Origin: Caecitellus pseudoparvulus
Lineage: Eukaryota; Protista; Bigyra: Bicosoecida
Assembly: GCA_965644315.1 (NCBI GenBank)
Contig: CBFFRQ010000057.1
Span: 310,001 to 374,000, forward strand
Direction: 5' to 3'
DNA length: 64,000 bases
The position numbers and the translations under genes are program-made. Shown in pieces: positions 35,701 through 47,300 of the stretch (the first letter of the stretch is position 1; each line of letters starts with the position of its first letter). The notes beneath the pieces were generated by a model. The model worked only from the letters and a program-made list of their open reading frames with translations, was not told the DNA's origin and searched no databases.

Positions 35701-38700
35701 ACCACGGCGATGTTTGACTCCACGCCTGATCTCAAAGTAGATGTGGCCAACGCGATGTAGTTGAAGCCAATCATGTCGTAGAAGGCCATGCCGGTGGTAT
35801 GTGGCGGCAAGGCGATGGTGTGCGCACCTCGTAGGACATCTACTCCGTCCACACTGTACATCGTGCTGTCATCAGGAAGGCCTGAGAACAGCAAATCCAA
35901 ACCAACAGCCGTGCTGCGGAGCAACCCTGTTCCGCCCTTCTGGCCAGAAGGGGGAGCGCCTGGATGGTGGGAGGGCGCGGCCAGCGTGACGACACCGTCC
36001 CCTGGCCGGGCAACATCCTCTCCAACGTACAGAGTACCCCCCCCAAGTTCAGTCCTGTTGTACGCCAGCCACGAAGCTCGGCTGTCCACGCGCCACCTGT
36101 ACGCTTGTGCACCAAGGATGGATGTGGCCATGGAGTCCGAGCCAACTTCCAGGGTCCCAACTCCTGCAGCGTTCAGCGTGGAAGTGAGCTGGCTCAACGG
36201 GAAGGCCCACAGCTCACCGCAGCGTTCTGCATCACTGAGCTCGTCGCCTTCTGGAGCTTCGGATGTGATGAAGATGAAGTCCTCAGCGATGCTGAGCCCT
36301 CCAGCTCGCATGGTTGAACCATTGACAGCCACCCCATGCTCATCAGCCAAGGTGTAGATCTTGTGCACTTCGTTGGACTCCTGCTTGTGCACGACAAGCA
36401 AGACTAGGTTCCCATGCGACGAAGCCTGCAGTTTGTTTGGCCGTAGCAGGCTGAGTGGGTACACATTGGTCTCACAGCTGAACGGTCCAGAGGGGCAGTG
36501 CTCGTAGGCTGCTGCGGCAGTGGGAGTGTAGTCTTCGTACAGCCCTGACAGGGTCCACTTCATCGTCTTTGACCCTGTTTGCACCAGAGCGGCAGACGTC
36601 GCATCCCACAGCATGGTGTACCTGGTGGGGAACAAGATGTCACGGTACACCCAACCTGATCGAGGTTCTTGCCGCACGCAGCCTTCGCCTGGCGCTGCAC
36701 TGCCGCACGCAGGCGTGTCCTCGGGTGCAGGCAGTGCCTTGGTGTTGTCAGAGATGCCAATGACCTCTTGCACCTTGGCAACAACGGCCCGGATGATATC
36801 GAACACTCGTCCCAGGCCAGCCACGAGGGACTGCACAGTGGGAGCATGCTTCTCGATGAAATCAAAGAAGCGATCCAAGAAACTGCCCTCCCGAGTGGCG
36901 GTCTTCTTCAAGGCAGCAATGGCTTTCTCCTCCAGCAGCTGGAAGGGGGCAGAAAGATCTTGAGCCGCTGACAGGTACTGCACGACTTGCTGCACTTTAC
37001 CAGACATGTCTTGGGCTTTGGCAAGGAAGTCGCCCAACCCCACCGCCTCGAACAGGGAGGCAGAGATGGAAATCTGACCATCGAACTTCATGACGAACTC
37101 CTCAACTTGGTCCACTTTTGGGACAACCTGGTCGACGAGGACACCTCGCACTCCCGTCACAATGCTGCGGGCTTCCCCAGTCACCTTCGTGACGGTTTCC
37201 CCAATTTCAATGACAAACTCCAAGACGCGCTCCAGAGTTACGTTGGCCAGAATGGGCCCCAACTCCAAGCTGCCTAGATTCCGTCCATGAGCTGGAACAA
37301 CCACCAGTGCTTGGCCTTCAGTGGAATGCAAGGGCACTGCAGCTAGCGCACGGCCATGTGGAGCCGAAGGGTCCAGCAGGAACCCCGCCACTTTGCCAAC
37401 GACTCGCAGGACCTGATCCAACGCAGGTCCAATCAGCTCATTTAAGCCAGACATGACGCTGTCCAGGTGAGGCATGAAGTCTGCCAGGCGCCCTTGAAGG
37501 TAGATTGCGGTGTCCACCGCTTGAATCACAGGGTCCAGTCCATCTGCCAGCCTGCCGAGCTGGGCGTGCAACGCAGCACGGTGACAGGAGGGCGCCGCTG
37601 CATCTGCACAAATGGCGTGAGTGTAGTTTGCCAGCAGCCCAGGCAGGAGCTCTCCAAGCGAGTGGACTTCGGGAATGCCCTCCACGAAGGATTTCATGAT
37701 GCTCAAGGCCCGAGGCAAGACACCGATCATGGCCTGGCCCTCGGCAACAACCCTCTCAATGGGCCTGAGCAGGTCGCGGACCTTGTCCACTGTCTCGAAA
37801 ACGTCCCCGAACAAGGATCGGAGGATCTGGCCGCTCTGGGCGACCTCAAGCACAGCTGTGGCTTGGTCCACCACTTTTCGAGTCACGTTGATGGCCTTGC
37901 CAAGGGGCTCCTGCAGCGGGGCCAAGGCAGATTTCACCGCAGGGGCAATCAGAGAGCGCAAGCGGGTCATGAGGGCATCGGAGAGAAGCTCAAATGGGTC
38001 CAGTGCCTCGGCCATGCTCAAATAGTGGTCCACTTTGTCTGACAACTGCCCAGCGATGTCATGCACAAAGGCAGGGGCGAGGGAAGTGGCAGCCTGGACA
38101 TGGCCGACAATGGTCTCTGCCAACGCTGCCGTGGCAGTATGGTTTGAGATGGCTTCCAGAATAGTGTCCAGAATGTCCACACCGTCCAGGACTCCATCAA
38201 GCACTTTCTTGGCAGTGCCGACGACGTTGCCAACCTTGGACTTGTCTGCGCCTTCCTCGAGCCTGGAAATGATGCCATCCAGGACGCCCACAACAGTGGC
38301 CGCGGACTCCAGTCCGTTGAGGATGCCATCCATTCGAGCTCGCACGTCTGTCAGCACGCCAATCAGCTTCGAATTGCGCAACTTTGCGACGGCACTCATG
38401 ACTTTCTCCACAACTGCAGCTGCAAACGAGTCCAGCGCCTCCTTGCCCTTCATCACCAGGCCCGTTGCAGTGGAGTTGAATGCAGAAATGCCGCTCTCGG
38501 CGAGATCTCGCACCTTGGATAGGAAGCGCTTGTGCAGATCGAGGAGGCCTCGATCATCAAGGGCTTGCTTGATGCGGCCCAGCACTTGCTCCTCTACGAA
38601 GCCGATGACAAAGTCCACGATGGCGTCTCCCTGCAACAGCGTGTCTACGGTATCGGCGACCTTGTCAACTATGGCCACACCGCGCTGGATCGCATCCGTG

Positions 38701-41700
38701 GCGGGCATGATAAACTCCTGCACCTTGGCCTCCACCACATCAATCTTGTCAAACACCCACTGGATCTTGTCGTCAATCCACCGTGTCAGGTTCCCTTCAG
38801 ACAGCTTGGTCAGGAGCTCTGGTGGGATGCTGTCCAAGAGTGACAAAAACTTGGACAGTCGAGATTTCGCTTGCACGAGCAAATTGAACACCCCACTGTT
38901 CGTCACAAGCAAGTCCAGCTTGGGCCCGAGACCATTAACTGCAGCCACCAAGCGGGGCCAGGCATTGCCGAGTTCTGCCGCAGCGATGACTTTGTCAAAC
39001 TTGGGCGACATGAGCGGGGCTGAATCCGCGACCTCTCGAGCCAGGCGCTGCAAGTTCACGAGTTGTGCGCGGATGAGAGGCAGGATGCTGCCCACGCGAG
39101 CAATACCCGCATTGGCGATGGGGGCAATTGCCTGCACTCGTCCCTCCAGGCGAGCAGCAGCGTTGTTGGCGGCCTCGCGCAAGGCTTCTTCCACAGCTGC
39201 TTGGGCCGCTGGCGAGAGGGCCGGGAAAAGGCTGTCTGAGCCGTCCGCGAGCGGGGGGGGGAGCGCTTGCAAGCGGCGACCACCTCCTACTCCTCCCCCA
39301 CCGAGCAAGTCAAGCCCAGCGCTGGCCAAGGCACCAAGAGGTCCACTTGAGCCGTTCACTTCTAACCCAGCTACCCCAGATGAACCCAGTGCCAGGACTT
39401 CAGGGGGAATGTTCAGCAGCTCCGAGAAGAAACTTGCCGCATCACCCGTCAGATCTTGAGATGAGAACAGGGGCGAGAGGTCATGGAATAGCTTGCGAGT
39501 GGCATTCGCCATGGCTGCAAAGGGATGCTCCATGTGCTGCATGTTGCGCAATGTCTGCAGGGTGTCCAGTATGCTACTGGCCATAGTGGTGACCTTCTCT
39601 GCAATAGGCTCCACCTTGGACAGGGTGTTGTCCACCCAGTCCACCATCTTGTTGGCAAAGGCGACTCCTTGTCGTGTTACGTTCACCAACCTCATGATTT
39701 TCGGGCGCACCCTGTCAGTAAAGTTCTGGGAGATCCGCAGGGCCAAATCACGGTCGCCGTTCAGGAAGTCGTCCACCGCAGTGGTCACATTCGTTATCGT
39801 GCCCAGCACCTTCTGTACCTTCGGCATGGCCTGCAAGCTGGACATGAGACGCTCTGCAGCCCCTGCGGCCAGCTCTGAGACATCAAACATGCCGAATACC
39901 GTGTCAATGAGCTCCTCGCGATCTGAGAGGGCATCTGACAGCGGAACGACATAGTCATCGTAAACTTGCATGATGTCTCTGATCGAGAAGGAGAGAGGGC
40001 CCAGTGTAACGTCTAGAATGCCGCTTACGTAGTAAAGCCCACGGGCGATGTTGTCGCCGACGATCTTGTTGAACTGCCGGATAAGGTCAGGGGGAATGAG
40101 AGACTTGTACGAGAAGCCAGCTCGGAAGGCCAGTCGGGCGTGCACAATGTCGAACTCGAAGCCAAAGGCCCACGCCCCAATCCTGAACTCGTTGTTGATG
40201 TTCAGGTCAAAGAGGCCTCCGAACAGGCCAATGCGGAGCAGCACCATGTTGGTCAGGTCCACGAAGCCACCTGCGCCAATCTTGGACCCACCAAACTTCT
40301 TGCTCCACTGGTTGCTCTTGCCGAGCTGGATGTCAATGAGCGTCGCAGTGATGAGGCGCCGCCGGGCGACCCAAGGAACCTGTGCGTTGCCACTGGCAAC
40401 CCCAGCAGACTCAATGCCCCCAGTGCCGTTGCCAGACAGGACAACGCTTCGCAAGCCACGGGACATTGCCGCTGTCATGGCTTCGGCCTCACTGACAACC
40501 TCGTGCGGCAGTCGGTCAAGCCACCACCGCGCTGCGGCGCCTCGCACTTGAGCCGTCGTGCCGCAAGCAGCAAAACACTCCTGCCTGCATCGCTTCAAGC
40601 GGGGATGGGGGCACATGTCTTTGACACAACGAGCAGCGCATGAGAGGGGCTGAGCTTCAGTCAGCCCAGCAACATCAGACAAGATGCCCTGCAGCGTGTG
40701 CTTGGTGGTGAAGTGAACCTGCTCAAAGCCCTTGAGAGCATCCAAGGCACTCTTGCGGATGGACAGCGCTGTTCCAGAGGAGGCCAGAGCTGTGAGGAGG
40801 ACGAACTCCGCAGGGTCTGCTGTCATGGCGCAGTGCCCAGAAAAGGCACAGAAGAGCTCCTCCTCCACACCCAACGCCCATGGGACGCCTCCGTCAGCAG
40901 AGGTGCGGTCATGCTCTCTGTGAGCCGTCATTAAGGCCAAGCACAGCGCATGCTCCGCGCTCATGTGCTGCGCATGCTGCACACCTTCCCATACGGCCCG
41001 CTGCATCTCGGTGTTGTCCGCTCCAGGGGTCGCCATTCGGTGGCATCGAGCCTGCAGCGACTCTTTGCTCAAGTCAACACCCAGGTCTGCCCAGGCCACG
41101 TCTTCATACCTGCGCAAGCTGTAGACAGCTGCCTCTGCAGCAGCCACGGAAGGATGTGTTGTCGACAGCAATAAAGCGGGTAACGCACGCAAGCCACCCG
41201 CATTGCCGAGGGCCATAACCGTCGCGGCCAGTGTGTGGAATGCTGGCGTGTCTCTGTCATCGGCTGAGAAGCGCGAAGACAGCAAATGCCGGCCGGAGGA
41301 GGGACTTGGCGGTGCTGCAGCAGCTGCCAAAGCTAGCTGTCGACGGACGTGCTTCTCCATGGTGGGATGAACCTGCCCGTCAAGAGCTTTGCCTTGCAGC
41401 ACCATGCCCATGGTGAACGCGGCACTGGACTCCCAGACATGCTCCATGGCAGAGTGGCCGACCTTGGCCTCCGCACCCGCCTCCTCTGCCCCAACTTGCC
41501 GCACAGCTGCCCGCCACTGCAGGCGCCGCTCAGTGGACTGCTCAGACAACAGCTCTGCGCCAGCGTGGAATGCAGCATCAACACGTGGCTGGTGAACCAA
41601 GTGGTGCTCGCGCCAGGCTCCTTGCCAGTCCAGTAGCAAAGACTCAATCGCCGCATCTGCTGCAGCAGCCAGCGCGGGGCTCTGCTCGGCAGGCAGCGCC

Positions 41701-43915
41701 GCCAGCAATGTGCCAAGCGTCGCCGACGCCTGCATGGCCACTTCAGGCGACGGGTGCATCGCGGCAGCCTGTTGCACAGAATACAGCACCTCTGCTGTGA
41801 TGCGTGACGGGGCAAGTTGGTGCAGCGACAACAACGCATCAGCTGCATCAGTGGCCAACTCGATGTCCGCCAGCGTGGAGTGTACGTGGGAGCAGTGGGC
41901 AGGCAAAGCAATGTCCCACAAATCCTCCATGGCCTGCTCATCCCAGCCCACACAGTGCAATGGGCTGAGAGGCTCCAAGAAAGTTTCAGCTTCGAGTGCT
42001 GCGGCCGCTGCTGTGCTCGCAGAGATAAGGGTCGTGATGGCGTCCACGGCAGCGGGGAGCGGTGACAAGGGCAGTGCGCTGATCATGGCAGCACGGGTAA
42101 TGGTGGACCCCAGTGCGTCCAGGTCGTGCAGAGCCTGTGCGCCTGTGCGGTGCTGCCGGACGTGAGTGGCAGACTGCAGTGGTCCGTGCACTTGCGCCGC
42201 AAGGCCACAGCTGGGATGGGAGCCCCACCAGGAGAGGGACTCGTGCACCGTGTCTGAGAAAACCACGTCGCCTGGCTGCATGGCCGCCGCAAGCTGTACG
42301 TACGGCGTGAGCACGGTCCCCGCAGCCGCTTCTAGGAACATCCCATTGACATCGCGAAGGCGCAGCGTATTGTGCAAGCCCACAACACAAGCCGTGTTGG
42401 TGGAGTTTTCCTGGCGGCAAGCCATGAGAGCAGACAGTCGAGCGCATGCACTCCTCAGCTCCGAGTGCTCTGAAGTAGGCACATGAAGCTCACAAGCAGA
42501 GCTATCACTGGCGCCGCACCGTGCACCTAGCCCCTTCAGGGCGCGGCGGTGCGGCTGGATGTGTTGGGTGGCTGCGGCACGCCGGTCCTCCATGGCCTGC
42601 TGGGCAGAAGCGGCGGCGGGGACGGCACGGTGGATGTCAGCCTGGCCAGTCTCAGACATACCCACAACTTCCTTCATACCCCTTCCGTGGTTGGAAGCAA
42701 CGTGGGCGTCATTTGGGGCCGTCTCGACCTCAGGTGCCAGGGAGGCGGCGACAAGGTGGCGGCCTCTCACTCGCATATCCTTCCCGGCTTCAGCGTCGCT
42801 TGGCACGCTTGCCAGGACTGAGAGCAGTCCGTCGATAACACCCTCATGCCAGAGATCCAGTTCTTCCAGTTCATCTACCACGTGGGCGTCGTTGGCTAGC
42901 AACGTGCCGACAAGGGAGCCCCGTGTTGAGAAGGCAGTGTTCTCGTGGGCCAGCTCCTGCTCCGGTGTCGGCTCGGCAAGGTGCCGGCCATGTCGTGGCG
43001 CGTGTGGCGGAGCGTGTTGGGCAGGAGGGAGGGAGACAGAGTGCTGCATGGTAAACGCTGCGACATTGCCTTCCTCCGTGAGCTTGTGCTCGCGCACGAG
43101 CTTGGATGCAAGGTGACGAGCGGAGGGCTGAGCGCTTTGCGTGATTGCCGCCTCGTGCACGGCTGAGAGAGAAACGCATTGGTCGGTGGCACAGGACACA
43201 ACACTTGCAGAAGCGCGCATGTCCATGTGCCCATTGCCGTCGGCTTGGCGGACATTGAACTTGACTTCCTCTTGCGCCCGCTGGTTCAACAGCCTTGCCG
43301 GGATGTGGACACCCTCTGCGTCTTGCGGCAGCGCATGCTGCAGTGCAGATAGCATGCCTCGCTTCATGGACATGATCTGCGCACGAGGACGGGGTGGTCA
43401 ATTGAGGTGCGCTGCAACAGGGGGCTTGGCAGTTCACGCACTTCTTCGGGAGTGACGGAGGCGTGTGGCCACACAACCTTGCCGATGGTTCCGTTGGCGT
43501 GCCACTGGAAGTACACAGGCTGAGCCATGTCTTCTCGTGGCCAGTCATCAGCATTTTGCAGCTCTTGGTGAAGCGCAACGCCGGTGGCAGCGTCCACCGG
43601 GGCAAAGGACTGCACCAGCAGTGCCCACCACTCGGCGTGGTGGGCAGGGACTTGAAACGCTGCCGCGGCATGCTGTGATGCAGTGCGCTGGAGGTTGAGT
43701 ACGGAGACGACACCCCGGAAGGCTTGTGTGTGCAGGACAGCCTCATCTCCAGCCAAACGCTGATGTGCCAGGGACACATCGAGAGAGTACTGGGCTGCAT
43801 ACAGCGCGCCTTGGGTGGCGTCAGAGGCAACCTCGACGCCTGCCGCAGAGCCCGCCAAGGCGCTGCAGGCACACAGCCAAAGCACAAGAACCTGAAAAAC
43901 AGAATAACCTGCCAT
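14796..43915 (-). CDS. Gene B: giant type I membrane protein (~9684 aa); exons 43442..43915 and 14796..43376
   Basis: The 28.6-kb ORF (14796..43373) joins the signal-peptide exon MAGYSVFQVLVLWLCACSALA (ATG 43915) through a 65-nt phase-0 intron at 43377..43441 (GTGCGT...TTGAC...CGCAG). The junction gives PEE|IMSMKRGMLSALQ, which restores a Vitellogenin_N-like motif. One TM helix near the C-terminus. Confidence 0.9.
15895..15975 (-). other. Gene B: single transmembrane helix
   Basis: LSIWVWLGPVIAVCMALMIVAAAVVF followed by an RRRR stop-transfer sequence. Confidence 0.9.
16020..17090 (-). other. Gene B: two PKD/K319L-like Ig domains
   Basis: VTLDASGSSDGD..LGFSW...PGAHRVAVEVEDAQG, and VQLAGTADADGNVTRTFW...PGVYILEAVVVDDAGA. 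Confidence 0.7.
17720..34350 (-). repeat. Gene B: array of about 30 FnIII-like protein repeats
   Basis: Recurrent unit D-x-T/S-P-P...V-x-D-G...W-x-G-F-x-D-x-E-S-G-I-x-x-Y...GT-x-PG-x-x-D...Y...A-x-N-x-AGL...S-D-G, e.g. WSGVSDSESGIAGYGWCAGTTPGACD and WGDFSDEESGIWYYEWAVGSTPDADD. The repeats are divergent at DNA level. Confidence 0.85.
35450..36550 (-). other. Gene B: probable beta-propeller domain
   Basis: LYEDYTPT...VLLVVHK...IYTLADEHG...RAGGLSIAEDFIFITS...LWAFPL...VDSRASWLAY...LYVGE...LPPHTTGMAF: repeated four-strand blades. Confidence 0.5.
36750..40095 (-). other. Gene B: ~1100-aa amphipathic alpha-helical (apolipoprotein-like) region
   Basis: Continuous helical hydrophobic periodicity rich in L/V/I/D/K, e.g. 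WIDDKIQWVFDKIDVVEAKVQEFI and AKKVLDGVLDGVDILDTILEAI. Few Cys. Confidence 0.65.
40500..43850 (-). other. Gene B: vitellogenin/large lipid transfer protein (LLTP) N-terminal-like region
   Basis: LYAAQYSLDV...PVYFQWHANGTIGKVVWP...EEIMSMKRGMLSALQ (beta-barrel part) and VMALGNAG...AAVYSLRRY...IRKSALDAL (helical part with the ALGNAG motif). Confidence 0.65.
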
Positions 43916-44352
43916 CAGCTGCGGTGAGGAGGGGGTTGCGCCTTCAATCCTCGCGTGTGTGCGAGAAGGGGAATATCGCGCGCAGCGCGAGCTGCTGCTC
44001 CTTGACCAAGCGCAAACTCAGCTTGCTCAGAGGGCAGACCAGGCGCGCAGTGCGGAGCCACGCACCAAGTACGAAACGCTTGGTTTTGAGATTGTGGCGA
44101 TCCCCGCTCATTGTCCATCATGTTGTTCGCTCCGGCTTCCCGCAAATCCCGACGCTCATGGGGACAATTTCCGCAGCATCCCGAGGGGTACATGGCTCGC
44201 ATAGTTGCAGGCAAGCTCAAGCGAACAGAGTGCATTCACACAGCGATAGAGCACACAAAAGAAGAGAGAGACAAAGTGCAAAAACAAGCCTGCGTTTTGC
44301 TTCTGCAGCTCGCGACGCAGACATCGCAGACTTCGCTGGCTGGCGCAGAAGT

Positions 44353-47300
44353 TTAGTCCGCCGGCTGCGTGTGCAAAATGGCAGGGCAGTGCGGCACGGT
44401 GAGCACTGGGTCTGCTGCTGCCCGAGCCGCATTGAAAGGCCTGGCGTCTTGCTGCGCGCCAACAAGGCGGACAGGCGGCGCCTGCGAGGCGGGCAGTGCC
44501 GCCCCAGTGCAGTCTACACCCTGGATGGATGCGTAAAGATGCTGGGAGACAAGAGGCGTTGCCGACAGTTCTTGAGAAGAAGCGGTGGCGGCCTCTGCCG
44601 CAGCAGTGGCAGCAGCATCCACGCCTCCAGACACTCCGTGGATAGCCAGGTTCACCAAGGTGCCAACTGCTGTGGGTGGCAAGACGTCTGACGCTCCTGG
44701 TGCTGTGCCCACTTGGACAGTGTACATGATCGGGCAGGTCGGCGGCGGCGCGGGCTGGGCTTCCCAGGCCAGCAGCAGGGTGCCACGCAAGGCCGGCGTG
44801 AATCCAGTGCCACTGCCGCCCACCCGCTCCACGTTTGCCCATACACACGGGGCCGCAGGCGCTTTCATGGCGCTGCCTGCTTGTGGGATGGTGCCGGCCA
44901 GCAAGGAGGCAGCAGCTGCTTGCGCTGGCGAAACCGGCATCACCTGGCCTGCCAAGATGCTGGCCACTTGTTCCCGGGGTGTGTCTCGGCTGGCAAGCTG
45001 AGCATGCACAACAGGCACGTCCGTGTGGTACATGGCTGAGAGGGGCAGACGCAGCCTGGCAGGTGGGGGCATGGCTGCCCCAGCGACGAAAAGGCCCATG
45101 CTGTCCCCCTGTGCGGTTAAGAAGGCTGGGGCACGCCCAGCCCGAGCACCCACACTGCGGGCCTTGACGGTCGCTGAGTAGCTCTGCACCAGCAACGTCT
45201 CGCTCCCAGCTGGAACAGTGGTCACGACCTCCCCAGTTGCCAGCCCAAGCGCCAGTACAAGGCTGTACGAAGATGTGGGCGTCGGGGTTGCGAGATTCGT
45301 GGCTGATCCATCTGAAGCAATGTCGATGGCACCTGAGGCTGCACATTGCATCCAGACACCGGAGCTCGTCACAGTGGCGTTGGGCAGCCGCCCTTGGCAG
45401 CGCTCGGCCGGCGCGGCGCTGGCGCTGGCCCACCAAGGCAGTGGGGCACCAGAGCTTGTGAGGCGGGAGGTCGCCTCCGAATTCACCGTGGCCCACTGGG
45501 CAGGTGCCCACGCAGCTGGTCCACCTGCACCTCCGCCCACCAGGAGGCAAGCTACGGACACAACGCTGACCGGCCCAGCGGCCTGGTGCAGCGCTGCAGC
45601 CCGTGGCACGCGCAACAGGAAGGATGTCGATGCAGCAGGCTTAATGCTGCTGGCTGCAGTCAGTGCAGCCACGGCAGCACGGGGCTGTGCGGCCACGACC
45701 CGCGCTGCCATTGCGGCCAGCAAGCCCGAAGCGGGCACAGCGCCTACGAAGGCGGCTTCCAGAGCTTCCTGGTGGGCATTGTGTTGACGCACACCTTCAT
45801 GAAGCGCCCCACAGCTTTGAGGGCTGGAAGGGGAGAATGGTGCAGGAAGACCGGAGGCTGTGGCGGCCGAGAGGGGAGCCGCCCAAGCTGCAACGTCGGT
45901 GCGAGCGGCGGGTGTGAGAAGCACTTGCCGAGTGCTGCAAGACAGGGCGGTGGAACCGCTGGCAAGGTGCGTCCACGTCAAGCACATGAAGTACGGCACA
46001 CCCACGCTGGGCGCCGGCGCGAAGCCAGAGACTGGAACGTGGTGCACGGCGGCTCCGCCAGACAGCGCACTGTGCACATCGCTGGTAATGTTCAAGACGC
46101 CCGTGCCTAGGGCAGCAGCAGCATCCCCTGCTGTTGGGGTCAACCAGAGAGAGCTTGAAAATGCTGCCGGTGTGCTCAGGCTGTTCTCGAAGGATGGGTC
46201 AACTGTGACACTTGTCACTGGCAAATCGGCCATGCCAGAGCGGGGAGACTGCTGCAGGGGCAGCTTTGTCAGCGCGGCGGTCCAAAGTTCCACCTGCTCC
46301 TCGTCAAGGGCAAAGTGGGCAGGGCCCACACATACCCCAAGGGATGGCAAGGCACTGTGGGGCAGCCAAACAGGCAGCTGAGACGCAGCCGCTGCCAGCG
46401 CGCTTGGATGGCTTGCAGCCAGTCCCGTACAGGTAGCCTGAGTGGGAGACACCTCTTGTGAAGCCTGCGGGAGCGGTGGAGCGGAGGAGACAGGCAAAGG
46501 CGCCTGAGAAGTCGACACGCTGCCTTCAAGCAACGGCAAAGGGGGCGTGTAGGCGAGGGAGGAGTGCCCCGCCGCGTCCTGCACTTCGATGCCGAAACGC
46601 AGGGCGATGTGCACGTCCTCAGGCAACAGGCCAAGCGCCAGACCTGACTGCTCAGCCATGACCCGCAGGGTAGAGTCACGAGTGCGCTGCACCAACGAAT
46701 CCAAGAGAGCTGGTGCTACCTCGAATGCCAGGTTGGTCGTGCCAGCAAGAGCCGGTGGCTTGTGGCTCTGCGCAGGGTGGGTCCACCTGCCGGCGGAGGC
46801 GCTGACTCCTCCGTGGGAGACGCTTGGCGTGTCCACCAAGTCGAAAACGCCAAGGGCATGGTCAGCCCCCAGGGTTGAAGGGTCGCAGGTACACTGCGTC
46901 GGCCACACCCAACGAGGGGATGAAGTAGCCACACTGCGGCCGCCTTGCCGCTCGGCTCGCACAAGGGCATCAGCACACACGCACGCGCTGGCTGAAGCAA
47001 GCCAGGATGCCGCATCGGCCACGGCCACCGACACCGCAGCACGGCCACCGGCTAGCAGGCCGGCTGCACCTCCTGCAATCTGCACACCTGCAGCGAGCTG
47101 TGCAGTGCCAATCTCAGGCGCAGCTGTGTCCACCACCCCTGCTTGGCCCACGTGTGTGGCAGTGTTACCAGCACAATCAAAGGCTTTCATGGTGACGGAC
47201 AAGCGAGTGCCCTGCGGAAGCGCATCAAAAAGCGTCTTGGATGCGGCCTTCGCCCACAGTGCTGCGACACCAGCCGTTCCATTCACAGTTCCAAGACCGT

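Noticed and set aside
43364-43441. Apparent frameshift or separate 183-aa gene upstream of the 9525-aa ORF
   Set aside because: Explained by a canonical 65-nt intron that restores a continuous domain motif; not a pseudogene or programmed frameshift.
226-43915. Giant PKS/NRPS as an explanation for ORF size
   Set aside because: No KS, AT, ACP, adenylation or condensation motifs; the proteins are secretory repeat proteins.
43726-44691. 321-aa plus-strand ORF spanning the B-C intergenic region, and the 464-aa alternative-frame ORF 44156..45550
   Set aside because: Arg/Ser/Cys-rich non-protein-like composition, overlapping real genes in other frames.
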